DNA of 64,000 nucleotides from Candidatus Cloacimonadota bacterium (GCA_049903315.1 JBNGBT010000004.1:192001-256000), one strand, 5' to 3'; numbered from the stretch's first letter, positions 10,586 to 21,771 are shown. Made by a program: numbers and translations. Notes: generated by a model from the letters alone, not told the origin.

Positions 10586-11587
10586 ATGAAGAAAGTACGG
10601 TTAATTTTCACTCTTTTACTTCTCATTACAATTTTTTCATGCACAAAGCATGATACCACATTCGTTACCATTGGTACAGGCGGGGTGACAGGAGTGTATT
10701 ATCCTACAGGTGGCGCAATCAGCAGAATGGTGAACAAGAACTTTAAAGAGTACGGAATAAAAGCAACTGTCGAATCCACAGCAGGTTCTGTGTATAATAT
10801 AAACTTCGTGCTGAGCGGAGATCTTGATTTTGGTATCGCACAATCGGACAGGCAGTACCAGGCAGTAAAAGGATTGTCAGATTGGGCAGAGATCGGACCG
10901 CAGGAAAAACTTCGCTCTGTATTTTCAATACATCCGGAAGCGATTACCCTTATTGCAGCTGATAAAAGCGGAATCAGCAGAATAACTGATCTTGTCGGAG
11001 CACGAGTAAATCTCGGCAATCCCGGCTCAGGTCAACTCCAGAATTCCAGAGATGTACTTGCGGCTTTTGGTGTGAGTGAGGATATGCTCAAAGGTGAGTA
11101 TGTCAAAGCAGCTGAAGCCCCCGGACTCGTTCAGGATGAACGCATGGATGCATTTTTCTATACTGTTGGGCATCCTAATGAAAATATCAAAGAAGCTACA
11201 TCAGGTCGCATCAAAGTACACATTGTTCCTATCGAAAGCGCTCCTATTGACTCATTGCTGGAAGCATTACCCTATTATGATAAAGCGATCATTCCTCATG
11301 CATATTATGAACTTGCTTCCAATTTAACTGATGTACCGACTATTGGCGTAAAAGCCACATTGATCACGTCGGCAGATGTTTCCGATGATGTCGTGTATGC
11401 GTTGACTAAAGAGGTGTTTGAGAATTTTGATGAATTTAAAACCCTTCATTCGGCTTATGGTACACTCACCAAAGAAAGCATGCTTAAAGGACTATCCGCT
11501 CCCATTCATCCTGGTGCGCTGAAGTATTATAAAGAAGCAGGTTTGACAGAACATATCAAGCCGTCACTCATACATGCAGAAAAGTAA
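10586..11587 (+). CDS. TAXI-family TRAP transporter solute-binding lipoprotein
   Basis: Lipobox IFSC; IGTGGVTGVYYP, STAGSVYN, GNPGSG and PIHPGALKYY motifs. Confidence 0.92.
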   Translation: MKKVRLIFTLLLLITIFSCTKHDTTFVTIGTGGVTGVYYPTGGAISRMVNKNFKEYGIKATVESTAGSVYNINFVLSGDLDFGIAQSDRQYQAVKGLSDWAEIGPQEKLRSVFSIHPEAITLIAADKSGISRITDLVGARVNLGNPGSGQLQNSRDVLAAFGVSEDMLKGEYVKAAEAPGLVQDERMDAFFYTVGHPNENIKEATSGRIKVHIVPIESAPIDSLLEALPYYDKAIIPHAYYELASNLTDVPTIGVKATLITSADVSDDVVYALTKEVFENFDEFKTLHSAYGTLTKESMLKGLSAPIHPGALKYYKEAGLTEHIKPSLIHAEK

Positions 11588-11601
11588 GTTCAATTAAGGA
11601 G

Positions 11602-12225
11602 GTGGGATTGATGGTAAAGTATAATGCCCTAAAGAATATTACGTGTGTGATAATTGTAACACTTGTGATTTCTCGTTGCTCTATGATGTCATCAATGCAG
11701 ACTGGACGAACAATGAAGAAGGGTGATGTTGGATTAGCTGTTGGCTATGGGAATTTGCTGAGTAGTGAAAGCAGCAATGTCTTCTCGGACGCTCATTTCT
11801 GGGAAATGAATCTTAGATATGGATTATTCAACCATTTTGATGTTGGTTTAGAGTTTGCAAGCGCTTATCCAACAACATTTGACGTGAAATATCAATTTGC
11901 AGGAACTGATTGTTCCTTATTCGCATTGAGCATTGGAGCTGGTTTCACCGTTCAATCTGTACGATCTGGCTTCAGGGAAATTGGACTTCTTGCGCCGTTG
12001 TACACTTCCTTGCATCCTATTAAAGAAGTTGCTGTATTTCTGAGTCCTAGAATATATTATTATCATGATAATATGAACTGGGTTACCTATGCTGGATTAT
12101 CAACGGGCTTCCGGCTTGGTGGTATGCTTGCATTAGTTCTTGAATACGATATCTATAAAATTATATCAAAAGATTCTAAAACATTTTCCCAGGCAATTGT
12201 AGGATTGTCGTATAATATTCCTTAA
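11602..12225 (+). CDS. Hypothetical exported / outer-membrane beta-barrel-like protein
   Basis: N-terminal hydrophobic segment with Cys; alternating beta-strand pattern; GGAGG RBS. Confidence 0.6.
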   Translation: MGLMVKYNALKNITCVIIVTLVISRCSMMSSMQTGRTMKKGDVGLAVGYGNLLSSESSNVFSDAHFWEMNLRYGLFNHFDVGLEFASAYPTTFDVKYQFAGTDCSLFALSIGAGFTVQSVRSGFREIGLLAPLYTSLHPIKEVAVFLSPRIYYYHDNMNWVTYAGLSTGFRLGGMLALVLEYDIYKIISKDSKTFSQAIVGLSYNIP

Positions 12226-12243
12226 TAGAATTTTGGAGTTCTT

Positions 12244-13089
12244 ATGATAATAATGAATTTAATAAAAAACTGGTTGATAATTGTTGGTGCGTTAATCTTG
12301 ATTATTTCTCTGTCACCAATACAGAAATTAAAGCAGCAATTACCCGCAAGTTCTCTTCGCAGTAGATGGGATATGCTCAGTATACTCATGCTTTTTTTCT
12401 TTGCGGGTTATGTCGTTTATGTGGTTGCTCAGTGGAATGTATACCTGGATGCATCGGATCTGATTGTCCCGTTTGTGTTTTTCTTCGGAGCGATTTTTGC
12501 ACTTCTCACGAGTTCTCTTGCAGTACAGACAGCTCGCGATATTTTGCGGATCAGTACACTCGAACAGGAAAATATTACCGATCCTCTTATGGAAATCCAT
12601 AATCGAAGACATTTTGACAGACGTCTCAAAGAAGAAATAAATCGCGCTCACAGGTACGCTTCTCCTCTCGCTCTATTTATGATTGATATAGATCATTTTA
12701 AAAAAGTAAATGATACATATGGACATGATGCAGGTGACCAGGTATTGAAAAAAATCGGAGTTCTTATTCAAGATCGTGTACGTAGAACTGATATTGTTGC
12801 CCGTTATGGGGGAGAGGAAATTGCGATCATTGCACCGGAAACTACCCTCGAAGTGGCAGATGTTTTAGGAGAACGACTTCGTGAATCAATTGAGAATACT
12901 GTATTAGCACCTGCGAACAACGAACATCCTGATATTAAAGCAACAATCAGCGTTGGCATCGCAGGATTAGAAAGTGATACTGCAAGCAATGAGAGATTCA
13001 TTCAATGCGCGGATATTGCCTTATACGATGCAAAAGAAGCGGGACGAAACCGAGTTGTGATTTACAAGTGTACTCAAGAAAATGTGTAG
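12244..13089 (+). CDS. Membrane-anchored diguanylate cyclase (GGDEF domain)
   Basis: Three TM segments; DPL..NRR, DIDHFKKVNDTYGH, RRTD (I-site RxxD) and RYGGEE motifs. Confidence 0.93.
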   Translation: MIIMNLIKNWLIIVGALILIISLSPIQKLKQQLPASSLRSRWDMLSILMLFFFAGYVVYVVAQWNVYLDASDLIVPFVFFFGAIFALLTSSLAVQTARDILRISTLEQENITDPLMEIHNRRHFDRRLKEEINRAHRYASPLALFMIDIDHFKKVNDTYGHDAGDQVLKKIGVLIQDRVRRTDIVARYGGEEIAIIAPETTLEVADVLGERLRESIENTVLAPANNEHPDIKATISVGIAGLESDTASNERFIQCADIALYDAKEAGRNRVVIYKCTQENV

Positions 13090-13092
13090 ATT

Positions 13093-13458
13093 ATGGAGAT
13101 TATATATGTTCGCAACGAGAATGATGTCACTTTTGCGGAGTGTAAACCGTCAGAAAAACTTATTACTTCTGAACAGGATGCAGTTGACCTTATCGGCTTG
13201 TGCGGATATCACCAAACAAATAATCTGCTGCTCTATGCAAAGAATGTTGATAAGAGTTTCTTTGATCTGAAATCCAAACTTGCAGGCGAAATTCTCCAAA
13301 AATGCATGAATTATTATATGAGACTGGCAATGGTGTTGCCGTCTGAAGTTGAGAATAATAAACGATTTACTGAAATGGCACTCGAGACAAACAAGGGGAA
13401 TCATTTCCGTATTTTTAAAACTCGAGAGGAAGCAATTGAGTGGCTCACACATGGATAA
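13093..13458 (+). CDS. DUF4180 family protein
   Basis: FFDLKSKLAGEILQKCMNY and ETNKGNHF motifs. Confidence 0.85.
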   Translation: MEIIYVRNENDVTFAECKPSEKLITSEQDAVDLIGLCGYHQTNNLLLYAKNVDKSFFDLKSKLAGEILQKCMNYYMRLAMVLPSEVENNKRFTEMALETNKGNHFRIFKTREEAIEWLTHG

Positions 13459-13849
13459 AAGGTTTGAAATTCGATTTGAAATCAATAATGAAGTAATCCC
13501 AGAAGAGCTTATCGAAGTATTCCAAAGCGTAGGATGGAGAAAGAATCCGAACAACATTGTTGCAGCATTCAAGAATTCCTATTATATTACGGCATATCAC
13601 GGAAAAAAGCTTATTGGATTTGCACGTGCAATTTCGGATAATTGTTACTACACAAATATCTTCGACGTGATCGTGCGTCCGGAATATCAAAGGCAGGGCA
13701 TAGGCAAAAAAATGATGCTCATGCTGAGAGATACCTTCAAAGAAACCTATTTCTTTTTGACCTATACAGAAGGAAGAAAAGAGTTTTATGAGAAATGCGG
13801 CTTTGAAGAGAATGATCGGGCAATGTGGATTCATATTCATAATTCATAA
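13451..13849 (+). CDS. GNAT family N-acetyltransferase
   Basis: LIGFARAISD, DVIVRPEYQRQGIGK and FYEKCGF motifs; start ATG 13451. Confidence 0.9.
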   Translation: MDKRFEIRFEINNEVIPEELIEVFQSVGWRKNPNNIVAAFKNSYYITAYHGKKLIGFARAISDNCYYTNIFDVIVRPEYQRQGIGKKMMLMLRDTFKETYFFLTYTEGRKEFYEKCGFEENDRAMWIHIHNS

Positions 13850-13866
13850 GTTCTTTTTATCGGGAC

Positions 13867-14571
13867 ATGCCGCAAACAGACTTAGAGAATGTTGAAAATT
13901 ATATAGGAACATTAAACGAAAAATCCCTGCATGCCGACCTTAAAAAGTGGTATGCAAGACCGGGTGACAAATTGGAAGTCCCGCTTGATGGATACTATAT
14001 TGATATTGTCAGGGGCAACAACCTGATCGAGATCCAAACACGAAATTTTTCTTCAATAAAGAAAAAAATACTCTATCTCGTAGAAACATATCCTGTACAT
14101 CTCGTTCATGCGATTGCTCAGGAGAAATGGTTGGTAAAACTTCCGAAAGAAGGAATTGGGGAATCGGTAAGAAGAAAATCTCCCAGGCGGGGTTCCATCT
14201 ACGATATCCTCGATGAACTGGTGAGTTTCCCATCACTGCTCATGCATGATAATTTCACACTGGAAATACTGTTTATTAAAGAAGAGGAAGTGCGCACATT
14301 CGACAGGAGAAGGGGCTGGCGCAAGCATGGTTGGATTACGCTTGAAAGAAAACTCCTTGATGTTGTTGATTCTGTTCGTATTGAAAAACCGGATAATCTG
14401 AAAATACTTTTGCCAACCGACCTGCCGGATACTTTTACGACCGAAGATGTTTCACTCACACTTGGACGGTCAAAATGGTTTGCACAAAAAATGGTCTATT
14501 GCCTTAAGAAGATGGGCATTATTGAGAAGGTCGGATCAAAAAATAGATTTTATCTTTATCGAATAAAATAA
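13867..14571 (+). CDS. Conserved hypothetical, PD-(D/E)XK nuclease-like fold with C-terminal HTH-like region
   Basis: EKSLH...EVP..GYYIDIV...IEIQT pattern; fold is inference. Confidence 0.55.
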   Translation: MPQTDLENVENYIGTLNEKSLHADLKKWYARPGDKLEVPLDGYYIDIVRGNNLIEIQTRNFSSIKKKILYLVETYPVHLVHAIAQEKWLVKLPKEGIGESVRRKSPRRGSIYDILDELVSFPSLLMHDNFTLEILFIKEEEVRTFDRRRGWRKHGWITLERKLLDVVDSVRIEKPDNLKILLPTDLPDTFTTEDVSLTLGRSKWFAQKMVYCLKKMGIIEKVGSKNRFYLYRIK

Positions 14572-14583
14572 TTGGGAGTGCTC

Positions 14584-14928
14584 ATGAATATAGAAGAAAA
14601 ACTAAATTTGAATGGGGAGTTTCTGGGGGTGACCTCAATGGCTGTGTACAGCGCGCCATGGTTCCTGAAAGTCGGGTTGCTTGTACTCGTCGGATTTCTC
14701 TTCTCTGTAAAAATTGCCCAGGATTCTAGGAATTTTAAAGGGGAACTCGAAGATATTGCAGATGAAGATCAGGATGATTATCTTAAGCTCATGAATGATT
14801 TTAATAAGTTCTTTTTTGGATTCACTGTTGCGAAGAAAAACCTGCCTGTATATTGGCTTGGATTCGCTATTTTTGCTATTACTTTTGTGTATTCTGTATT
14901 TGAAACATTAACAAAAATCTTATTGTAA
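14584..14928 (+). CDS. Small hypothetical membrane protein
   Basis: GGGAG RBS before ATG 14584; two or three hydrophobic segments. Confidence 0.6.
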   Translation: MNIEEKLNLNGEFLGVTSMAVYSAPWFLKVGLLVLVGFLFSVKIAQDSRNFKGELEDIADEDQDDYLKLMNDFNKFFFGFTVAKKNLPVYWLGFAIFAITFVYSVFETLTKILL

Positions 14929-15099
14929 ACATGATGCAAACAGGTAATATTTGTAGATAACACGATTTTTCTACAGATTACTCAATTTCATAAAAACTTC
15001 GAAAAAATACATACCTGAAAACCGAGTTTCAAAATTCTTGACACATATAATGAATATAAAAATCTGTAAAAAAACAGAAATTTAGTTAGAGGCGTGTAC

Positions 15100-16434
15100 A
15101 TGAGAAAAATTATTATTTTTCTCTTTATCTTTTTAATGATTTGTTTTTCGGTTTTTGCTGCCAAAAAACCGGACTGGGTAAACAAGAGACCAATTGATAA
15201 CAATTCCTATATTGGTATTGGTGTTGCAGAAAAAGATACTGAGACCAGCGAATATATCCAAAAAGCAAAAGACCGCGCACTGCGGGAGATCGCTTCCGAG
15301 ATTACCGTCACTATTAGCGGTGCCACGTTGAACCAGATCCTCGAAAAAGCAGGTGTGGTCAAAGAAGAATTTGAATCCCAAATCCAATCTTCAACGCAGG
15401 CACAATTGGAAGGATACGAACTGGTAGATACATGGCAAGATAAAAATCAATACTGGGTTTATTACAAATTATCAAAAGAAAAATATGCACAGCTTCGTAA
15501 AGCAAAGACTGATAAAGCGATTTCTCTTTCCCTGGATTTTTATTTAAAAGCTGAGCAGAAGAAAGCAGACAGTCATATAACTGAAGCATTACAACTCTAT
15601 CTGCAGGCGTTCAATCCGATCGAGCCATTTATTTCTGAACCTCTCGAAACGAGGTATAATGAGCAAAATATCTATCTATTAAACACGATTCATTCCTCAT
15701 TGCAGCAGGTTCTTGGAACGATTTCTCTTAAACCGGTTGAGCCCGAGATCGATGCGACAATTGGGAAGAGTTTGGAAGATCCTATTCTTTTCAATGCGCT
15801 CTACATGCAAAGTCCGATTGCAAATTTCCCGCTTCATTTCAGTTTTATAAAAGGCGAAGGCGAGTTGATCGAATATACGAAGTCTGCTGCTGATGGCATC
15901 GTATTGTGCAGAGTTTCTAACATTCTTTCTGCTGATAAAATGCAGGTTATTAAAGCAGAATTGGCAATAAACAAACTCATATCACAGGATGATGTAAATC
16001 CTATTATTCAGGATATTATTAAAAGTCTTACAATTCCTTCTGCGAATGTCATATTAAATGTATCCGGACCACAGGTTTTTATTGAATCAACCGAGTTAAA
16101 TTTTGGAAATCCCCTGGAAGTTACCTATATTGAGCCAAAACTGAAAGAGAAACTCTCCGGTTACGGATATAGTTTTGTGGATATGAAGTCTGATGCCGAT
16201 TATGTTATTATGATCGATGCACAGTCCAGGAAAGGTTCAACAGTTTATCAAATGTGTTCGGCTTTTGTAGATGTAACTGTCTCCGTGATGGACATGTCTA
16301 CGTATGAGGAAATTTACAAGAATACCTTTTCTAATGCGAAAGGCATCAATACGGATATGGACAAAGCAGGTCTGGCAGCGTTCGATAATGCAGCAAAACA
16401 GATCTCAGAAGAGATCATTGAAATCATGCAATAA
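15100..16434 (+). CDS. LPP20-domain exported protein
   Basis: Signal peptide; KPDWV...YIGIG...AKDRALREIASEITV motif. Confidence 0.75.
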   Translation: MRKIIIFLFIFLMICFSVFAAKKPDWVNKRPIDNNSYIGIGVAEKDTETSEYIQKAKDRALREIASEITVTISGATLNQILEKAGVVKEEFESQIQSSTQAQLEGYELVDTWQDKNQYWVYYKLSKEKYAQLRKAKTDKAISLSLDFYLKAEQKKADSHITEALQLYLQAFNPIEPFISEPLETRYNEQNIYLLNTIHSSLQQVLGTISLKPVEPEIDATIGKSLEDPILFNALYMQSPIANFPLHFSFIKGEGELIEYTKSAADGIVLCRVSNILSADKMQVIKAELAINKLISQDDVNPIIQDIIKSLTIPSANVILNVSGPQVFIESTELNFGNPLEVTYIEPKLKEKLSGYGYSFVDMKSDADYVIMIDAQSRKGSTVYQMCSAFVDVTVSVMDMSTYEEIYKNTFSNAKGINTDMDKAGLAAFDNAAKQISEEIIEIMQ

Positions 16435-16448
16435 TTTTTGGAGCTTTA

Positions 16449-17789
16449 ATGAAAAAAATAATATTATTTTTACTTATGCTTCTGCTCTGTACGAGCTTTC
16501 TACACGGACTTGAAAAATTTTATCAGTACTATGATAAGGGTTTGGAATATATGGAGAAAGGTGACTGGCTGCGTGCGATCGAGGAGTTCAAGAGTGCGGC
16601 ATCCCTCGAATTTGAGGATACAAAAAAAATGCGCACGTATGGCACGAGATTCATTAAATATTTTCCTCACAGAGAGATGGGTATTGCCTATTATCAACTC
16701 GGGGAATTTGATATCGCTAAAGAAGAGCTTGAACTTTCAATTGCCTATAAGAAAACGAGTGAAGCAGAAGAATATCTTGAAAGAGTTCTTCTTGGCATTG
16801 CTCCGGAGCAGGATATCATAGTTCAGGAAGAGATCATAGAGGAAGTTATCGAAGAAAAGCAGAAAGAGCAAGTGATTGAGAAAGAACCGGAAAAGGTCAT
16901 CACAGAACCTAAAGAGAAAGAGGATGTCAGGAAGAAACCGGTACAAATTGCCTCTATCGATAAAGATGTGATTAAAAGAGAGAAAGAGAAAGAAAAGGAA
17001 AGAGCAATTGTCCCAACTTTGAAGAGAGATGAAGAAAGAGTGACATTAGAACCCCCAACTGATAAAGTTCCGGTTGGCGCTCTTACTTATGACCCTTCCA
17101 AAGTCACACAGGTGGGCTCACGTCTTTCAATCGCAGTGATGCCATTTGAAGCAAAGGGACAGGCACACGAATATGAATTCACTCTTATGGAGAAATTGGT
17201 CACGCAGCTTGTTAACTTGAGAAGATTCAGGGTTATAGAGCGCGGTGCGATGGACCAGGTCATGAATGAGCAGGCATTGGGAATGTCTGGCATGGTCGAT
17301 GAAGAGACTGCGGTCGAGGTGGGGAAACTTGCAGGTGCGGATGTGATCGTGGTCGGAACCATAAATATTGCAGAGGGTTTCGGAAAAGTGAGTGCACGCG
17401 GTATTGATACTGAAACTGCAGAAATGATCGTTGCAAAAGAATCCCAAACTGGTGAACCCAGCATGTCTAATCTTGAATCGCTGGTGGAGAATGTCGCGAT
17501 CTTGATCTATAATGCCCTCCCGCTCGTAGAAGGATATATAGTTAATATCGATGAAAATGTCCTGTATCTTGACATGGGCAGCAATGTGGGCATCCGAAAG
17601 GGAACGAAGTGTGTCGCTTTCCGGGAAGGTGATGAGATCATTCATCCTATTACAAAAGAAGTTCTGGGCACGAAGGTCACTATGCTCGGTGAATTGATCG
17701 TTACACAGGTTCAGGAAAAGATGTCTATCGCAAAAGTTTTGGCAAAAGAAGGTACTATTAAAATTGGAGATAAAGTAGTCGTAAAATAA
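16449..17789 (+). CDS. Exported TPR + CsgG/FlgT-like protein
   Basis: Signal peptide; N-terminal TPR-like helices; FRVIERGAMDQVMNEQ...VGKLAGADVIVVG (CsgG-like); FlgT-C-like tail. Confidence 0.78.
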   Translation: MKKIILFLLMLLLCTSFLHGLEKFYQYYDKGLEYMEKGDWLRAIEEFKSAASLEFEDTKKMRTYGTRFIKYFPHREMGIAYYQLGEFDIAKEELELSIAYKKTSEAEEYLERVLLGIAPEQDIIVQEEIIEEVIEEKQKEQVIEKEPEKVITEPKEKEDVRKKPVQIASIDKDVIKREKEKEKERAIVPTLKRDEERVTLEPPTDKVPVGALTYDPSKVTQVGSRLSIAVMPFEAKGQAHEYEFTLMEKLVTQLVNLRRFRVIERGAMDQVMNEQALGMSGMVDEETAVEVGKLAGADVIVVGTINIAEGFGKVSARGIDTETAEMIVAKESQTGEPSMSNLESLVENVAILIYNALPLVEGYIVNIDENVLYLDMGSNVGIRKGTKCVAFREGDEIIHPITKEVLGTKVTMLGELIVTQVQEKMSIAKVLAKEGTIKIGDKVVVK

Positions 17790-17802
17790 ATAAGGAGTAT
17801 TC

Positions 17803-18927
17803 ATGAAAAAATTTATCATTGTTATTATTTCAATCCTCTTCTGTGTAACTTCCTTAAGCTATGCACAGAATATTAACTGGAATCTGACCGGTGCCGGTGC
17901 CCGAGCTGCAGGTTTTGGCGGAGCATTTATCGGTGTGGCAGATGATGCAACAGCAATCAGCTGGAATCCTGCAGGTCTTACCCAGCTCATCGATCCGGAA
18001 TTCTCAGCCGTGATGCGTTATATTAATGACAGCTATGATTTTGTGAGAATGGGTTCGGGAAACACTCTTGGCATCGGGCATGTTGTACCGAACTTTATGA
18101 GTGCAGTCTATCCTTTCAACTTTGGAAGTCGAAGCATCGTAGCAGGTATTGCATATCAGCAAATGCTTGATTTCTATTCAGAAGGGGAAGATTATTATGG
18201 TGACGATTATAAAACAACCGGTGGGGTGTACACAATGAGTTTGGGGCTTGGTGCGCAAATAATACCGGTTTTTTCAGTCGGTGTCACTTCTAATGTGTGG
18301 ACAGGAAATTATAAATATGAATTGATAAGCAAAGATGACAACGCTGAACACTTCTCTGGTTTCAATTTTAATCTTGGTGCAATGATCAATCTTGAAAACT
18401 TAAATTCTCCGCTTCCGGTAAAATTCGGTTTTGGTTTTAAATCTCCATTTGATCTTAATAGCGATTTTGATTATACAGTTGAGATGCCCACCATGCTTGG
18501 ATTTGGAGGTTCGGTACGTCTTGGTGATAATTTGACCGTTGCTTGTGATTATGAAACAAGAGCTTACGGTTCAAGCAAGATCGTGTATGATGGCGGTGGA
18601 GAAACTCCTTTGTCTGATTATGATCTGAATCAGCTAAGATTTGGCGCAGAGTATTTGCTTGTGACAGATTTTGCTGTCATTCCTGTTCGGGCTGGATTCC
18701 ATACACTTCCAACGACATATTCAAATTTTGATGATTATGGTGATCCGGTTGATCAGGTTGTTGGCTCAGGATTTGCATTTGGCACAGGATTGATCTTTGA
18801 AAAGATAGCTATAGATGCTACCGTAACAATGGATTCCTTTAAACAAAATATTGCCGAAACAGAAGGAAATTACACTAAACTTTCAACTACGACTTTCACT
18901 CTTTCAGGAATTCTCTATTTGAACTAA
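17803..18927 (+). CDS. FadL/PorV-like outer-membrane beta-barrel
   Basis: GARAAGFGGAFIGVADDATAISWNPAGL motif. Confidence 0.8.
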   Translation: MKKFIIVIISILFCVTSLSYAQNINWNLTGAGARAAGFGGAFIGVADDATAISWNPAGLTQLIDPEFSAVMRYINDSYDFVRMGSGNTLGIGHVVPNFMSAVYPFNFGSRSIVAGIAYQQMLDFYSEGEDYYGDDYKTTGGVYTMSLGLGAQIIPVFSVGVTSNVWTGNYKYELISKDDNAEHFSGFNFNLGAMINLENLNSPLPVKFGFGFKSPFDLNSDFDYTVEMPTMLGFGGSVRLGDNLTVACDYETRAYGSSKIVYDGGGETPLSDYDLNQLRFGAEYLLVTDFAVIPVRAGFHTLPTTYSNFDDYGDPVDQVVGSGFAFGTGLIFEKIAIDATVTMDSFKQNIAETEGNYTKLSTTTFTLSGILYLN

Positions 18928-18946
18928 ACAATATTAAACATGATTC

Positions 18947-18976
18947 AGGGCTTCTGCGTGTCAGGAGCCCTTTTTT
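18947..18976 (+). terminator. Rho-independent terminator
   Basis: AGGGCTTCTG-cgtgt-CAGGAGCCCT followed by a T-run. Confidence 0.8.
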
Positions 18977-19140
18977 AATTGCCATTGATATTGAAGGCGA
19001 CAATGGCCATTATCGCCTTCTGTATTTGTATATTTTTTTCAATTAAATCTGTACGAACGTGTCCCTCGGCTGGCGGATCGTGAGTTATTTTTTTAACCGT
19101 TACGAAGGTTTCCTTCATCAACCGTTCGCAAGATTTTAGA

Positions 19141-19800
19141 TTATCTGTGTTTTTCTACTCCTCTTTTGGGACAAAAATTCTCGATCGGGCATGTCGAGCA
19201 GAGAGGAGAGATCGGTTTGCAGAGATGCTGACCAAAGGACACAAGATAGTCATTATAAATTTTCCAATATTCTTTTGGTAATTTCTCCCGAAGTGCAAAC
19301 TCGGTCTGCTCGGGCGTTTTTGTTTGCACATAATCCCATCTATTGGAAATCCGGCGCACATGAGTATCCACACAAATGCCGTATTTATCATATCCAAGTA
19401 CAATTACAAGATTTGCTGTTTTACGACCGACTCCGGGGAGTGCAAGCAGATCATCAAGATTATTCGGCACTTTTCCATCATACTTATCGAGTAATATTTT
19501 GCATACCTGAAGAATGTGTTCCGCTTTTCTGTGATAAAAACCAACAGGAAAAATGAGCTTTTCTATCTGCACATTGCTGAGTTTAAGCATCTCATCCGGA
19601 GTTGAAGCCACATTAAATAATCGGTATGATGCTTCTGCAGTGACTTCGTCTTTTGTGCGTAGACTAAGAATTGTGCTGATCAAAATGAGAAAGGGATTTC
19701 TCTGTTTCTCAGAAATTTTTGTGACAATTGGTTTGCGGTTTTTATTGTATTCAGTTTCTATCAGCGAGAGGATCTCGCCAATATTGGAATTATCAATCAT
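19141..19800 (-). CDS. nth: Endonuclease III
   Basis: HhH motif LPGVGRKTA, VDTHV, and C-x6-C-x2-C-x5-C Fe-S motif. Confidence 0.93.
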   Translation of the reverse strand: MIDNSNIGEILSLIETEYNKNRKPIVTKISEKQRNPFLILISTILSLRTKDEVTAEASYRLFNVASTPDEMLKLSNVQIEKLIFPVGFYHRKAEHILQVCKILLDKYDGKVPNNLDDLLALPGVGRKTANLVIVLGYDKYGICVDTHVRRISNRWDYVQTKTPEQTEFALREKLPKEYWKIYNDYLVSFGQHLCKPISPLCSTCPIENFCPKRGVEKHR

Positions 19801-19808
19801 AGAGAGGA

Positions 19809-21431
19809 TTAATCGGGCTTCTGTTCGATAATATAGCCGTCGATCGCCTTGATCATGTCTGCGAGTTTCGGGGATTTTTTCTTGATTTCCTCGTATGATG
19901 CGCCGTGCATATACTTTTTCCCTGTCTTCGGCTCTTCAAACTCGAATACAACCTTAACCGGTGTGTGGAAATGCTCGGAAAAAATCGTTGCGATCTTATC
20001 AATATCTTCATTCAGCATCTGGTATGTAATTCTGGAATTGGTCGAGTAATGAATAAAATTGTTGGAAATATTTTTTATTGTTGTTTTGGAAAAATGATTT
20101 GAAATAATTGGCATTTCGTCCTGTAATTTCTTTCTCAGTGCTTGCCACTCACTTTGTATGATATCCTCTGTAAGATTTATTTCCGGATCAGTTTTTTCAG
20201 ATTTGATCTCTTCTGTTTTTTCAGGACGTTTATTTTTTTTAACTGATCTTTTCTCAAACAAAACTTTTTCAGAGGGTTTTTTTTCTTTCTGTGTACGTGG
20301 AGTAAAAGAGGGCATTTGTTTGTGCTGACCCATATCTTCAACCTGAACTAACCGGCTGATATTAGCCAATTTAAGCAAACTTGTTTCGAGAAGAAGCACA
20401 GGATGTGAACAGGTGCGCAACTTGTCTTTTGTGTCCACGAGCAAAGTAATGACGTACAGGAGATCTTCTTCGGAAAAATATTCGCTGATAGGGGAGAGAG
20501 CATCGATTTCATCCGAGTGCACTTCCTCTGGAATGATGCCGATTTTTATCATAAGGATATTTCTGAAATATTCGATCATGCCGAGGGTGAGTTCATTTAT
20601 GTCATTGCCTTCTGCCACGACATTATGAAAATTTTCGATCAGACCCTTTTCGTCATCTCCAATGATCTTCTGCACTAGCGAATGATATACATCGACATTC
20701 ACAATCCCGAACACCTGGAGTACATCTTCCTTCGTGATCTTGTCCTTACCAATAGATACGATCTGGTCCATCAAACTCAATGCATCACGCAGGCTTCCAT
20801 CTGCTTTTTTTGCCACAAGAAAGATCGCAGCGTCATTAAAAGTAATATGTTCTTTTGGGGTAATAGTATGTATCTGCTCGATGATCTGTTTGATGGGTAT
20901 TCGATGGAAATCATAACGCTGGCATCGTGAAGTGATCGTTGCCAGAACTTTATGAGGTTCAGTTGTTGCAAAGATGAATTTCACGTTTTTAGGTGGTTCT
21001 TCGAGGGTCTTCAGGAGTGCATTGAATGCATTTTTAGAAAGCATGTGCACTTCATCGATGATGTATATCTTATATTTTGAACTTTGCGGAGGGTATAAGA
21101 GCTCGTTTTGCAGACCGCGAATATCTTCTACGCTTGTGTTTGATGCACCATCGATCTCGATCACATCAACCGAGTTCGAGCGTGTGATCTCCACGCAGTT
21201 CTTGCATTCGTTGCAAGGAGTATCTGTGGGTCCCTTTTCGCAGTTAAGTGCTTTAGCCAGGATGCGTGCCATCGAGGTTTTTCCCACACCACGCGGTCCG
21301 GTAAAAAGGAATGCCTGCGCAATATGATCGGTCTTGATCGCATTTTTCAGCGTGCGGGTAATATGCTCTTGAGCAATGACCTCATCAAAGGTCTGGGGTC
21401 GGTATTTTCGTGCGAGTACTATGTATGCCAT
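19809..21431 (-). CDS. dnaX: DNA polymerase III subunit tau/gamma
   Basis: [18 protein letters not shown], zinc cysteines, [18 protein letters not shown] and SRC motifs. Confidence 0.97.
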   Translation of the reverse strand: MAYIVLARKYRPQTFDEVIAQEHITRTLKNAIKTDHIAQAFLFTGPRGVGKTSMARILAKALNCEKGPTDTPCNECKNCVEITRSNSVDVIEIDGASNTSVEDIRGLQNELLYPPQSSKYKIYIIDEVHMLSKNAFNALLKTLEEPPKNVKFIFATTEPHKVLATITSRCQRYDFHRIPIKQIIEQIHTITPKEHITFNDAAIFLVAKKADGSLRDALSLMDQIVSIGKDKITKEDVLQVFGIVNVDVYHSLVQKIIGDDEKGLIENFHNVVAEGNDINELTLGMIEYFRNILMIKIGIIPEEVHSDEIDALSPISEYFSEEDLLYVITLLVDTKDKLRTCSHPVLLLETSLLKLANISRLVQVEDMGQHKQMPSFTPRTQKEKKPSEKVLFEKRSVKKNKRPEKTEEIKSEKTDPEINLTEDIIQSEWQALRKKLQDEMPIISNHFSKTTIKNISNNFIHYSTNSRITYQMLNEDIDKIATIFSEHFHTPVKVVFEFEEPKTGKKYMHGASYEEIKKKSPKLADMIKAIDGYIIEQKPD

Positions 21432-21492
21432 GGTGTAATTGTAGATTTATAATTTTGCTGTCAAATTTTATGAATTTATCTTGGGAACAAAC

Positions 21493-21524
<32 letters not shown>

Positions 21525-21581
21525 AGAACGTATAGAAATGTAGCACAAGATTCCGATCTTATGTAAGTAAAAGAGATAGTC

Positions 21582-21771
21582 GTTCATTTTCTCCTTGATG
21601 AGAAAACGAACCAAATGAATCACACGCTGATCAAGAAAACACTAAAATTTCATTCATTCAGCTAAAAGAAAAGAACTTATTCTTCCGACACTTCGGAAGA
21701 ATTCAAACAGCTTTCCTTTTTTAACACCTCATTCACAAAATTTCTTAACGTGTTTTCTTAATAGGCGGGAA
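21582..21771. repeat. ~190 bp structured non-coding repeat, copy 1
   Basis: Near-identical to 22052-22241; several nested inverted repeats. Confidence 0.9.
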
